A DNA stretch of 64,000 nucleotides, taken from an uncultured Gemmatimonadales bacterium. Lineage in GTDB: Bacteria > Gemmatimonadota > Gemmatimonadetes > Longimicrobiales > Longimicrobiaceae. The DNA lies in NCBI GenBank assembly GCA_963716255.1, contig OY970303.1, positions 224,001-288,000 on the forward strand, given 5' to 3'. The notes beneath the pieces were generated by a model. That model was given only the letters and a program-made list of their open reading frames with translations. It searched no databases and was not told the origin of the DNA. The position numbers and the translations under genes are program-made. Below, in pieces: positions 53,042 to 63,009 of this stretch (the stretch's first letter is position 1; each line of letters begins with the position of its first letter).

Positions 53042-53262
53042 GAGCCCCGCGTCGGAAGCTCTCGCATGAGGCGAGGCAGAGTGCGCTCCACACAAGCGCG
53101 CGGAGCCCAGACTGCTGGGCGAGGACCGCGCAATGAGCCCTGAAGAATCAGCGCCCTGGTCGTGCCAGGTGCGTTGAGACAACAGCTTACGTCCTCCCAC
53201 CCAATCGGTCGCTCGGCACCGTCCACTCCGGCTACGAACGCTCCGCGGAGCCCACCTGCGCA

Positions 53263-54279
53263 ATGCTCTGGCGCGCCGCGATGTGGGCCGAGGGATGGGG
53301 CGCCTGCATCACAGCGCTGACCTTCGAACAGCTCGCGCAGTCCGCTTTCCCCGCCAACGGATACTTCGCCTACGACGTCGGACGGCTCGCTCGGGTGCTC
53401 GCGGACTTCACGGCTGCCGAGAGCTGGCTCAAGTGGTCCGCGCGGCTTTCAAGACGGCAGAAAGCCTGGAAGGTGTACTTCCTTTCCCTGGCGGGCCTGG
53501 GAAACCTCTGCCGGCGAACCGGCAACTACCCGCTCGCGGTGCGCTTCCATCGCCTCTCGCTGCGGGTGGCGCGCATGCACGGGCTACGCACGCTCGAAGG
53601 TGACGCGCTCTACGACCTTGCGATCATGCACTTTGAGATGGAGCACGCCATTCTCGGAAGCGACTACGCCCGGCAGGCGTTGCAAGCGTACGGCGCAGGT
53701 CACGCACGGGTGATGCGATTAGCCCACGACGTGGCCCTTTTCTGGTTGGAAAGCGTGGGAGACTTCAAGAACGCCAAAGACACGTTTCAGGAACTGCTCC
53801 AGCACGTCTGGGAGCCGGCGGACCGCGTGGTCATCCTGGCGAACCTGGCTCGCGCCGCGGCAGGAATGGGAGACGAGTCGGTGTTCGAGGCCACCTGGAA
53901 CGAGACCTGGGCACTTCTACGGAGGCAGGAAGCGCGAGAAGGGCATGCTGCGGCGCTTATCCAGATTGCGCACGGTGCAGCGAGCTTCGGGTACTGGTCT
54001 CGGGTCGAGATCGCAGCCTTCGAAGCACTTGGAGTTGCTCGCGAACGCAGAGAGAGCATGCACATCATCATGGCCGAACAGATGCTCGATACCGCGCGGG
54101 CTGGAATCATGTCCGACGATGATGTGCAGCGGGTATTCCCCGATTACCGCTGGACTGATAGAGCAGACGTGGACGAGAACGCCGCGGAATTGGTCGCGAG
54201 CTTCGTGAACGCGATGAGGGTGCGCCGCGACGGAGCACCGGAGGGCCCCTCGCGCACCCTCATCACGGGTCGTAGCTAG
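53263..54279 (+). CDS. TPR-like helical repeat protein (paralog 1), possibly 5'-truncated
   Basis: LAGLGNL..TGNYPLA..F..SL.VA TPR pattern; aligns with the protein at 63406-64000. Confidence 0.85.
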   Translation: MLWRAAMWAEGWGACITALTFEQLAQSAFPANGYFAYDVGRLARVLADFTAAESWLKWSARLSRRQKAWKVYFLSLAGLGNLCRRTGNYPLAVRFHRLSLRVARMHGLRTLEGDALYDLAIMHFEMEHAILGSDYARQALQAYGAGHARVMRLAHDVALFWLESVGDFKNAKDTFQELLQHVWEPADRVVILANLARAAAGMGDESVFEATWNETWALLRRQEAREGHAAALIQIAHGAASFGYWSRVEIAAFEALGVARERRESMHIIMAEQMLDTARAGIMSDDDVQRVFPDYRWTDRADVDENAAELVASFVNAMRVRRDGAPEGPSRTLITGRS

Positions 54280-54484
54280 TTGCCCGTACCGAGGTAACCG
54301 GTTCCGCGCTGGGTAACCGTCAGGGTGTCACCTCCCGTGCTGCCGTCCTTGTTGCCGGTCCCGAAGTAGCCGGTCCCGTCCCGCAGGACGGTGGCGCTGC
54401 CCGGATCTACCGGGGAGCTGCGTTGTCCGAGCAGGCGGCGAGGGTCGCGGCGGCGAGGGTGAGGAGGATACGGGTCGTACGCAT
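54276..54484 (-). CDS. Secreted peptide precursor with two GTGY[FL]GTGN cores; 1-nt frameshift at ~54412
   Basis: MRTTRILLTLAAATLAACSDNAAP / PVDPGSATVLRDGTGYFGTGNKDGSTGGDTLTVTQRGTGYLGTGN*; GGAG RBS; stop overlaps the TPR stop in CTAG. Confidence 0.75.
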
Positions 54485-54747
54485 GGCATGCTCTCCATCG
54501 TGGAGTGAGACGAGCGAGCCGGAGACCACCTCCGGCCCGGGCTCAAACCTAGCGCGCCCACGGCCCCGCTCCCATGTCCACGTGGATCGTTCGTATACCG
54601 GCCATCGAACATCGCTCGACGGGTGCACGCCGCCCCGATCCTCCAGATTGCTTGTACATCCCCCGCGTCCCGGATAGCTTGCGAGTGAGCCAGATGTGTC
54701 CGCGGCACGACTCCCGGAGACCGCGGCCCACCCGCACCCCACCGCCC

Positions 54748-55167
54748 ATGCGCCCGCTCTCCCTCGTGCTCGTCCCCGCCCTGGCGCTCGCCGCCGCCTG
54801 CGCCCCGGCCACCAGCGCCGACCCGTCCGCCGGCGCCGGGACCGAGAACCGCAGGTCGGACTTCAACGCCCTGTCCCGGCAGGAGATCGCGGAGTCGGAC
54901 GCCGGCACCGCGTACGACCTGGTCCGTGCCCGCCGCCCCCGCTGGCTGAGCTCGGGCCTCGCCACCGCGTCCCGGAATTCCAGCCGGGACCCCGTGGTCG
55001 TGTACGTGAACCGGACACGGATGGGCGGCCCCGACGCGCTCCGCACCATCTCGGCGTCGGGCGTGGGCTCCATGCGCTTCTATGAGCCCACCTCCGCCAA
55101 CCTGGAGTTCGGGAACGGCCACCTCGGCGGCGTCATCCAGGTGACCCCCATCAGCAGCGGGCAGTAG
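54748..55167 (+). CDS. Small lipoprotein resembling a stand-alone TonB-receptor plug domain
   Basis: Lipobox AAAC; LSRQEI..AYDLV..RPRWL; VVYVN; FG.GH.GGVIQVT. Confidence 0.75.
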   Translation: MRPLSLVLVPALALAAACAPATSADPSAGAGTENRRSDFNALSRQEIAESDAGTAYDLVRARRPRWLSSGLATASRNSSRDPVVVYVNRTRMGGPDALRTISASGVGSMRFYEPTSANLEFGNGHLGGVIQVTPISSGQ

Positions 55168-55211
55168 AATCCTCGCCCGCAGCCCGTCCGGGAAGGCAGG
55201 CGCACGCGCAC

Positions 55212-55240
55212 GAGGGGGAGGCCACGCGGCCTCCCCCTCG
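55212..55240 (+). terminator. GC hairpin, possible terminator
   Basis: gagggggaggcc/ggcctccccctc; a similar hairpin lies at 57371-57397. Confidence 0.5.
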
Positions 55241-55338
55241 CTGCGTCGCCTCCCCGCCCGCCGGAAATCTGGCGCGGGACGCCGCCCGCCCGCATGTTTG
55301 TGGCCCATCCTCTGCCATCCGCCCCCGGAAACCATCCC

Positions 55339-56997
55339 ATGAGCGACCAATCCCTCGTCGCGGCCGCCGGGCCGCCGCTCCCCGACGCGACCCCGCCCGC
55401 CGGCCTCCCCGAGCCCGCCGCGCGGTCCCGCGCCTCCCACGGCCCGCTCGGCGGCATCGGCCTGGCGCTCTCGGGCGGCGGCTACCGCGCCGCAGGCTTC
55501 CACCTGGGCGTGCTGCGGCTGCTGGACGGCGTGGGGCTGCTGGGCGACGTGGTGGCGCTCTCCACCGTTTCCGGCGGCACCCTGTTCGGCGCCGCGTGGG
55601 TGCGGAGCCTGCTGGACGGGCGGAGCTTCGCCGAGTTCGACGCCGGCTTCTCCGCCTTCCTGAAGCGCACGAACGTCGTCCGGCTGGCGCTCGACGGCCT
55701 GGAGTCCCACCGCCCGCACGGTCGGCCCTCCTCCCCCAGCCTGATCCGCTCCGCCGCCGCCGTGTACGCCGCGCCGGAGTTCCTGGGCGACCGCCTCCTG
55801 GGCGAGGTGCTGGACAGCCCCACCCTTCCGCTGGAAGAGGTGATCTTCAACAGCACCGAGTTCCACACCGGCGTGGACTTCCGCTTCCGCCGCAGCGCCA
55901 ACCCCGCGGCGCTGATCGGCAACGGCAACTTCCCCCTCCCGCGCGAGGTCGCCGCCCGCGTCCGCCTGGCCGACGTGGCCGCCGCGTCGTCGTGCTTCCC
56001 CAGCGCCTTCGAGCCGTTCGTCTTCCCGCAGCAGTTCCGCTGGCCGGACGACTTCCCCCTGCCGCGGGTGGAGGCCGCGCTCGCGCAGTCGGCCACCCGG
56101 CCCGGGATGTGGGACGGCGGGCTGCCGCTGATGGACGGCGGCATCTACGACAACCAGGGGATCGGCAGCCTGCTCCTCTCGTACCGCGAGGCGGCGGCCC
56201 CGCCCCTGCTCCTGGTGTGCGACACCAGCCCGCCCGAGCCCGACCTGTACACCGAGCCCGCCGCCGGCCACCGCGGGCGGCTCACGCTGCGCGGCGCCCG
56301 CCTGCTGGCGTGGCTGGTGTTCGCGGCGGCGGTGGCGTCGCTGGTGGCCGTGGGCACGTCCGCGGCGCGCGACCCGGACCGCCTGAGCCTGCGCGGGGCG
56401 CTGGTGTACGGCATTCCCATGCTGTTCGCGGGGGTCGTCGCCGGGGGGATGGTCTGGATGCGCGGGCTGGTGCTCCAGGTGGGGCACCTCCTCAAGACCA
56501 AGGTGCAGGTGCGGGACGCGTGGAAGGACCTCCAGCGGCTCACCGTGCGGGAGGCGGTGCGGATGCTGGAGCTGCGCGTGACCTCGCTGGTGGCGCTGAC
56601 CTCCAGCATCTTCATGAAGCGCGTCCGCGGCCTGGTGTACGGCGCCGCCTACGCCGACGAGACCTTCAAGGACCGCCTGGCGCCCGCGCTCGTGTATTCG
56701 CTGGAGCGCGAGTCGAGCCTCTTCGCCACCCACCCGTGGCTGCGGCCGGGGCCGGCGCTGCGCACGCTGGCCGGGCGGGCGTGCCAGGTCCCCACCGCGC
56801 TCTGGCTCACCGACGACCACGGCGACTCCGGCGAGGCCGAGCTGAAGACGCTGGCCGACACCGGCCACGCCACCGCCTGCTTCGCGCTGCTCAAGTACGT
56901 GCTGCGCGACGCCGACGGGCGGTTGGCGGCCGGAGATCCCGGGCGGACCGAGCTGCTGGAGCGCCTGCGTCGCGTGTGGGACGGAATCAACCGCTGA
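55339..56997 (+). CDS. Patatin-like phospholipase with TM segments
   Basis: LALSGGGYRA, STVSGG nucleophile motif, ASSCFP, DGGIYDN. Confidence 0.9.
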   Translation: MSDQSLVAAAGPPLPDATPPAGLPEPAARSRASHGPLGGIGLALSGGGYRAAGFHLGVLRLLDGVGLLGDVVALSTVSGGTLFGAAWVRSLLDGRSFAEFDAGFSAFLKRTNVVRLALDGLESHRPHGRPSSPSLIRSAAAVYAAPEFLGDRLLGEVLDSPTLPLEEVIFNSTEFHTGVDFRFRRSANPAALIGNGNFPLPREVAARVRLADVAAASSCFPSAFEPFVFPQQFRWPDDFPLPRVEAALAQSATRPGMWDGGLPLMDGGIYDNQGIGSLLLSYREAAAPPLLLVCDTSPPEPDLYTEPAAGHRGRLTLRGARLLAWLVFAAAVASLVAVGTSAARDPDRLSLRGALVYGIPMLFAGVVAGGMVWMRGLVLQVGHLLKTKVQVRDAWKDLQRLTVREAVRMLELRVTSLVALTSSIFMKRVRGLVYGAAYADETFKDRLAPALVYSLERESSLFATHPWLRPGPALRTLAGRACQVPTALWLTDDHGDSGEAELKTLADTGHATACFALLKYVLRDADGRLAAGDPGRTELLERLRRVWDGINR

Positions 56998-57020
56998 TTC
57001 TGGATGGAACAGAACGCTTC

Positions 57021-57149
57021 GGGCGTGCCCCCGGCTGGCGCCGGGGTCGGGCTTCGGCTCCGTAGGGCTGCAAACAACGCAGCCCAACGGAGTCGAGCCC
57101 CGCGAAACTGCCCGCGGGTCTCGCCCCTTCGGGCCGGAATCCCTCACGC
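57021..57149 (+). repeat. Repeat family A copy 9 (family C hairpin follows at 57156-57200)
   Basis: Inner stem gggctgc/gcagccc. Confidence 0.95.
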
Positions 57150-57417
57150 GAGAGGCCCCCTCCCCCCGGCCCCCTCCCCCGCAAGCGGGAGAGGGGGAGG
57201 ACGGCAGGAGGGCCGCAGCGAGGGGGTGGGGGTGGTCGGAGGAAAGAGTTGGGGGGGTGGCCGGGTGGGGTGGCATTAACTCTTTCCGGAGAGCGCCCCC
57301 GCGCCCGACCACTCGCTGGGAACTCCAGCATTTCATCCCCTCTGGGTGGGGCCCGTACAACGGCAGACGAAGGGGGAGGCCCGGTCGGCCTCCCCCTTCG
57401 CCGCAGTCAGCCGCCCG

Positions 57418-59502
57418 TCACATCCGCACCACCCCCACCCGCTGCGCGCCCTCCAGGTACTGCATCACCGCCTCCGGCGTCACGGTCCCGTAGTAGTGGC
57501 TCCCGGCCTCGCGGGCCTCGGCGGCGACCTCGCGGTACACCTCCAGCCCGGTGCGCCGGCCGTCCACGAAGCTCAGCACCTCGTGCGACATCAGGCCGTG
57601 CAGGGCGGGGACGCTGGGGATCTGGCCCCGCTTCTCCAGGAACTCCCTGGGGCCGGCGGCGAGCGCGGGACGCACCGCAGCGAGGCGGCGCTCCACGTCG
57701 GAGAGCGGCGCGGCGGAGGGGGCGCCGCGCCCGGCCACCAGGCGGTACCTGAGGGCGAGCTCGCGCAGCGCCTGCGCCTCCTGCCGGTCCAGCTCCGCCA
57801 GCAGCGGGCCCGACATGCGGCGCCCCTCCGGGGAGATCCCCGCCAGCGAGCCCAGCGCCCGCCGCTCGCGCCGCGCCGCGTAGCGCACCTGCTCGACCGC
57901 GCGGCCGTACGCCGCGGCGCGGTCCTCCGTCCCGGCCACGGCGATCCACGACATTCCCAGCCCCAGGTTGCGCGCCAGCCGCTGGGCGCCCCGCCCCGCC
58001 GTTTCGGCGGCGAGCACCGGCGCCGAACGGTCGTCCGCCGAGGCCATGGCGTAGGCGATCATCGCCACGGCGGCGGCGTTCCGGCCCAGCTGGGTGCGGT
58101 CGATGTTCCACAGGTCGTCGTCCGACGTGTGGATGAAGTGGTCCGGCATGTTGGTGAAGGTGACCGCCGGGACGCCGATGGGCGCCTCGTTGAACGGCAT
58201 GTGGTCGGTGTTGTTGTGGAACCAGATGGAGCGGGCGTTGTAGCGGTGGCGCGTTCCCAGCCGGGCGAAGTGCGGGTTGGGGTAGAGCGGGATCCCGTTC
58301 TGCTGCTGGGCCAGGTCGAAGTTGTTGGCCGCTACCATGTAGTCCACCACCGCCTCGGTGACGTCGTTGAGGAAGTGGAAGCGCGCCGCGGGAACGCGCG
58401 TCACGTTCTGCGTCCGCATCACGTCCTGCGCCTGGTTCGCCCCCACCATGTCCTGGTTGACGTTCACCCACATGCGCCGGTGGGCCTCCGGGTCGTCGGC
58501 GAAGAACTGGCGCTGGCTGCTGATCTCCGTCAGCCACCAGAAGCGGATGTCGCGGCGAGGCCGGGGGAGCGTGCCGTCCGCGATCAGCTTGTTCAGCGCC
58601 CGCGCGATCTCGGTGATGCTGGCGATGCCGCTCCCGTCGTCGTTCGCCGAGGGCTTGCTCTCCTGCAGGTGCGCGGTGAGCATCACGTCCTGCGCGATTC
58701 CCGGCTCGCTCCCGCGGATGAAGCCCTCCACCATCACCTGCCAGGGCTCCTCGCCCTCGCGCGAGGTGAACTCGGCGTCCACCTGCGCGCGCACCCGCAC
58801 GGGCTCCCGCGCCGCCGCGAGGCGCTGCCGCAGCGCCTGTCCCTGCCGCAGCGTGAGGATGAACGCGAACGTCGACGGCGTTCCGCTCGCCGTCTGCAGC
58901 GGGAGCGTGGACCAGTTCACCTGGTCCGGGTACGACAGGTTGCGGTCCACGGCCGGGTTGGGCGACCACACCACGCCCGCGGCGCCGCGCTTGGCCACCG
59001 CTTCGTTCATCACCGCCCCCAGCCCCCCGTGCGCCAGAACCACCTTGCCGGCCACGTCGCGCCCGGCGTAGTCGGCTTCGCGCGTGCCGTCGCCCACGTC
59101 CACCAGCTCGGCCGTGACGTCGGCGCGGCGCGAGTTGTCCGCCAGGTGCAGCGGGGTCTGGAGGATGCTGGCCAGCCGCTCCGGCGCGCTCCCGGCGATC
59201 CACAGCTCCGCCGACTTCGCGTTCCACGGCACCGTCGTGGACGGCTGCTTGATGATCCGCACGTCGGCCAGTCCGGCGGCGCGCGCCTGCTGCTCGAAGT
59301 AGCGCGCCACCTCCCACAGCCCGTCGGAGCCGCCGCGCGGCTTGTGGTACGCGGTGTGGAAGCGGATGTGCTCGTAGGCGGCGTCGCCGGACACCTCCTG
59401 CGAGATGGCCCGCACGTGCTCGGGGCGGAGGACGGGGAGGTCCTGGGCGGCGAGCCCCTGCGCGCCGAGGACGAGGAAGAGCGCGGCGAGTCTCCGTTTC
59501 AT
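57418..59502 (-). CDS. Secreted M28 family peptidase with PA domain
   Basis: Signal peptide; ELVDVGDG..DY..DVAGKVVL; AHL, ANDDGSG, EIS, NQDMVG, DH, HTSDD. Confidence 0.88.
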   Translation of the reverse strand: MKRRLAALFLVLGAQGLAAQDLPVLRPEHVRAISQEVSGDAAYEHIRFHTAYHKPRGGSDGLWEVARYFEQQARAAGLADVRIIKQPSTTVPWNAKSAELWIAGSAPERLASILQTPLHLADNSRRADVTAELVDVGDGTREADYAGRDVAGKVVLAHGGLGAVMNEAVAKRGAAGVVWSPNPAVDRNLSYPDQVNWSTLPLQTASGTPSTFAFILTLRQGQALRQRLAAAREPVRVRAQVDAEFTSREGEEPWQVMVEGFIRGSEPGIAQDVMLTAHLQESKPSANDDGSGIASITEIARALNKLIADGTLPRPRRDIRFWWLTEISSQRQFFADDPEAHRRMWVNVNQDMVGANQAQDVMRTQNVTRVPAARFHFLNDVTEAVVDYMVAANNFDLAQQQNGIPLYPNPHFARLGTRHRYNARSIWFHNNTDHMPFNEAPIGVPAVTFTNMPDHFIHTSDDDLWNIDRTQLGRNAAAVAMIAYAMASADDRSAPVLAAETAGRGAQRLARNLGLGMSWIAVAGTEDRAAAYGRAVEQVRYAARRERRALGSLAGISPEGRRMSGPLLAELDRQEAQALRELALRYRLVAGRGAPSAAPLSDVERRLAAVRPALAAGPREFLEKRGQIPSVPALHGLMSHEVLSFVDGRRTGLEVYREVAAEAREAGSHYYGTVTPEAVMQYLEGAQRVGVVRM

Positions 59503-59605
59503 CTGGGGATTTCCGTGGGTGGGGGTGCCAGGGATGGGCCGGCCTGCGGACGTCAATATACCGCGGGGCCGCGGTGCGGACAGGAGCGGCGGCGGGCGGC
59601 GCGGA

Positions 59606-62005
59606 TCAGCGCGCGGGGGCGAGCCCCACGCGCCGGACCAGGTCCTGGAAGAGGGGATCGGCGCGGAGCGGGTCGAGCATGGGCTCCACGTTGAGGTAGA
59701 CCATTGCGCCGGAGCGGTTGCGGTACGCCTCCTCCAGCGCGCGCAGCGCCGCCTCGTTCTCGCCCAGCCCCAGGTGCACCAGCGCCCGGTACTCGGCGGG
59801 GACGTAGCGCGTGCGGGCCGCCTCGTCGAGCGCGTGGAGAGCCTGCCGCGCCCCTTCGCGGTCGCCCGCGGCGCCCCGGGCGTGCCCCAGCAGGGCCACC
59901 ACCACGGGCTGCGGGCCGCCCAGCACGAGGAGGGCGCGCCGATACTCCGCGGCGGCGGCCGCGTGCTCGCCGGTCTGCTCCAGGGCGGCACCCAGGCCGA
60001 GGAGCGCCGTGACGAAGCCGGAGTCGGTGGCGAGGACGCGGCGGTACTCGGCGATCGAGCGCGCGTAGTGGCGGGTGTAGTAGAGGTGGCGAGCCATGGC
60101 GGTGCCCATCACCGTGGAGAGCGGGTCCAGCTCCCGGGCCCGGCTGATGGCGGCCAGCGACTCCCCGGGCCGCCCCGTCGCCACCAGGAACAGCGAGTAC
60201 CAGTGGTGCGCGGTCGCGTAGCCGGGGCTCAGCTCCAGCGCGCGCCGGAACTCCCGCTCCGCGGCATCCCAGCTCCACTCGTAGTTGAGGAGGACGTTGG
60301 CGAGCGCGGTGTGGGCCTCGCCGAGGGTGGGGTCCAGCTCCAGCGCGCGTCCGGCCGCGGCGCGGGCGCGCGGGTAGGCGCTGTCCGGGGGGAGGAGTCC
60401 GTAGTCGAAGGCGCCCAGCACGTTGTACACGTCGGCGATCCCCACGTGCACCAGCGGGTAGCGGGGGTCGCGCTCCGCCGCCGCGGTGAAGCTGGCGAGC
60501 GCCCGCCCCAGTCCCTGGGGCGAGCGCTGGAACCAGGCGAAGCGCCCCTGCAGGTACAGGTCGTACGCCACCGGGTCCACCGCCGGGCGGGCGCCCCGCG
60601 GCGCCCGCCCGCCGTGGACCAGCTCGTCGCGGAGCTCGCGGGCCACGGCGCGCGAGATCTCGTCCTGCACCGCCAGCACGTCGCCCATCCGCCGGTCGAA
60701 GCGCTCGGACCAGACCGGGGTGCCGTCGCGCGCGCGGACCAGCCGCACGCTCACCCGCAGCCGGTCCCCGGCCTCGCGAACGCTCCCCTCCAGCACGTAG
60801 GCCACGCCCAGCTGCTCCCCCACCTCGCGGGTCCCCACCGCCCGCCCCTTGAAGGCGAACGCCGAGGTGCGCGCCACCACACTCAGCCCGTCCACGCGGG
60901 TCAGCGCGCCGATGATCTCGTCGGCGAGCCCGTCCGTGAAGTACTCGTTGACCCGCCCCCGGCTGTCGTCGGCGAAGGGGAGGACCGCGACGCTCGCCGC
61001 GGCCGGGGCCGTGGGCGGCGGCGCGGCGGGGCCCCGCACCGACCACCAGGCGCCGAGCGCGAGCGCCGCGGCGGCCGCCGCGGCGAGCGCCGGGAACGTG
61101 GCGAGGGCCAGCCTGCGGTGCCGCAGCAGGCGCCGGGGCGCGCGCTGCGCGGCGGGCGGGAGCGGGGGCGCCGGCACCGGCACCGGGCCGGGGGGAGCGG
61201 CCTCCGCGTCCGCACGAACCACGGGGCGCGGGGGCGCGGCGGCCGCTTGGTCGGGAGGGCCGGCCGGGCCGGGGACCGCGGCAGCTGCCGAAGGGGGCTC
61301 GCGCAGCTCCCGCTCCAGGGCCGCCACCCCGGCGTCGGGCTCCACCCCCAGCTCCTCGCGCAGGAGCGCGGCGTACGTCCGGGCGTGCTGGAGGGCGCCC
61401 GCGCGGTCACCGGCCGCGGCCAGCACACGCATCAGGCGCGCAGTCACCCGCGAGGAGTACGGGTCGTGCGCCGCCAGCCGCTTCCACCACCCCGCAGCCT
61501 CCCGCCCATCCCCCCGCTCCTCCGCCTCCCCCGCCAGCGCCTCCAGCGCGCCCGCATACGCCGTCGCGAGCCGCTCCCTCTCCGCCTCGGACCAGCGCTC
61601 GAACTCCGCCGCGCCGGGCAGCGAGAAGCCGTCCAGGAACGGCCCGGCGTACAGCTCGGCCGCCCGGGCCGGGTCTCCCCGCGCCAGCGCGTCCTCGAAC
61701 TCGCCCACGTCCGAGCCGACGAGGGACGCGGTCAGCCGCAGCTCGTCGCCGGAGGTGACCAGCGCCTCGCTGCCCAGCACCTGGCGCAGGGAGTGGACGG
61801 CCACGTTCAGGGTGTGGCGGCCGCGGTCCGCCCCGCTCTCCGGCCACAGCAGCGCGAGCAGCCTTTCGCGGGGGACGGAGCCGGTGCGGGAGGCGGCGAG
61901 CAGGGCGAGAAGGGCGAGGCGGTGGCGCTGCGAGGCCGGCCCCGCGAGCGGGAGGTCGCCGCGAAGGAGGGACGCGCCGCCGAAGAGCCTCACGTGGAAT
62001 GACAT
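59606..62005 (-). CDS. SARP-type regulator (wHTH + BTAD) with TM, TolB-like and TPR domains
   Basis: LALLALLA..RERLLALLWPE; LYAGPFLDGF..EFERW..ERERL; SVAVLPF..YFTDGLADEII; AHHWYS TPRs. Confidence 0.9.
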   Translation of the reverse strand: MSFHVRLFGGASLLRGDLPLAGPASQRHRLALLALLAASRTGSVPRERLLALLWPESGADRGRHTLNVAVHSLRQVLGSEALVTSGDELRLTASLVGSDVGEFEDALARGDPARAAELYAGPFLDGFSLPGAAEFERWSEAERERLATAYAGALEALAGEAEERGDGREAAGWWKRLAAHDPYSSRVTARLMRVLAAAGDRAGALQHARTYAALLREELGVEPDAGVAALERELREPPSAAAAVPGPAGPPDQAAAAPPRPVVRADAEAAPPGPVPVPAPPLPPAAQRAPRRLLRHRRLALATFPALAAAAAAALALGAWWSVRGPAAPPPTAPAAASVAVLPFADDSRGRVNEYFTDGLADEIIGALTRVDGLSVVARTSAFAFKGRAVGTREVGEQLGVAYVLEGSVREAGDRLRVSVRLVRARDGTPVWSERFDRRMGDVLAVQDEISRAVARELRDELVHGGRAPRGARPAVDPVAYDLYLQGRFAWFQRSPQGLGRALASFTAAAERDPRYPLVHVGIADVYNVLGAFDYGLLPPDSAYPRARAAAGRALELDPTLGEAHTALANVLLNYEWSWDAAEREFRRALELSPGYATAHHWYSLFLVATGRPGESLAAISRARELDPLSTVMGTAMARHLYYTRHYARSIAEYRRVLATDSGFVTALLGLGAALEQTGEHAAAAAEYRRALLVLGGPQPVVVALLGHARGAAGDREGARQALHALDEAARTRYVPAEYRALVHLGLGENEAALRALEEAYRNRSGAMVYLNVEPMLDPLRADPLFQDLVRRVGLAPAR

Positions 62006-62012
62006 ACCGCCA

Positions 62013-62053
62013 TTGACCGAAAATTGACCCGGGCGGAACCGAAAATTGACCCG
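62013..62053. promoter_or_regulatory. Phased direct repeats, putative SARP binding site
   Basis: TTGACC at 62013, 62024 and 62046; perfect 16-mer accgaaaattgacccg at 62016 and 62038. Confidence 0.7.
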
Positions 62054-62162
62054 TCGGGCGCAAGTTACCCGCACGTCCGGGCAGGAACAAGGCGAATGCT
62101 CACGCCCGGAACGGCGCCCGTATTCCGCGGGTGCGGCTCACCGGAGACAGGAGGGTAGCGAG

Positions 62163-62591
62163 ATGATCAACCTGCACGAAGGGTCGGAGCCGTGGCGCTT
62201 CGGGTCCAAGCACGTCGTACAGTCCCGCACGGCGGACAACGAATACCTCTACACCATCACGGGCGTCGTCATCATGGACATGAAGGGGATGGGGCCGGCA
62301 TGGCGGAGGGACCGCGTCCATCTCTCGATCCTGTTCCCCGGCGCCATCCCGGCCGGGCGGAGGCTGCGTCTCGTGCAGTGGGCGACCCTGATCACGCCCA
62401 GCGCGATCGCGAACGACCACGCGGCCGAGAACGCCGGCTGGGCGGTCGACAGCTTCGGGGGGCCCGACGGTTCGCTCTACATCTCCCCGGGCGGGTACTT
62501 CACCCTGTGGGCCGACGTCGCCGTCCGCGACATCGACGGCTGGCTCTACAGGCTCGCCTACAGCGTGACGCTGAAGTTCGTGCTGGGTTAG
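62163..62591 (+). CDS. Hypothetical beta-rich protein
   Basis: GGAGG RBS; host-like codon usage; divergent from the SARP gene. Confidence 0.75.
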   Translation: MINLHEGSEPWRFGSKHVVQSRTADNEYLYTITGVVIMDMKGMGPAWRRDRVHLSILFPGAIPAGRRLRLVQWATLITPSAIANDHAAENAGWAVDSFGGPDGSLYISPGGYFTLWADVAVRDIDGWLYRLAYSVTLKFVLG

Positions 62592-62661
62592 CCTCCTCGT
62601 CCGCGGGCGAGCCCGGCAAAGGCCGGCCACCCGCTCCACACCTCTCCTGAAGGAGACAGCC

Positions 62662-63009
62662 ATGTCCTACATCTGCATCCCCCCGTCCGGCACGGGGCGG
62701 GATTGCTTCTTCGTTCCGGTCCACATCCGGAGGTGGAAAGACCTGTTCCCGCCGGAGCCTCCTTTCCTGCGGCTCCTCCAGCCCGTCCGCATCGCACTGA
62801 TCGAGATCCTCGTGGGCCCGCGTCCGCACCCGTGGCGCGAAGCCGGCGTACGGATCGCGCCCGAGGTGGAGCGTGACCTCGCCACGCTCTCGTCGATGCA
62901 CTCGCTCTCCGAAGACCTCAGCCTCGATCTCCGGGAGGCCGTGCGGGAAACCCTCCGGAGCGCGTTCCGGAGCATCCCCCTACCGGAGGGAGTGTCGGTA
63001 CAGCCCTGA
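62662..63009 (+). CDS. Hypothetical protein
   Basis: AAGGAG RBS; CIPP..DCF, GPRPHPW. Confidence 0.65.
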   Translation: MSYICIPPSGTGRDCFFVPVHIRRWKDLFPPEPPFLRLLQPVRIALIEILVGPRPHPWREAGVRIAPEVERDLATLSSMHSLSEDLSLDLREAVRETLRSAFRSIPLPEGVSVQP

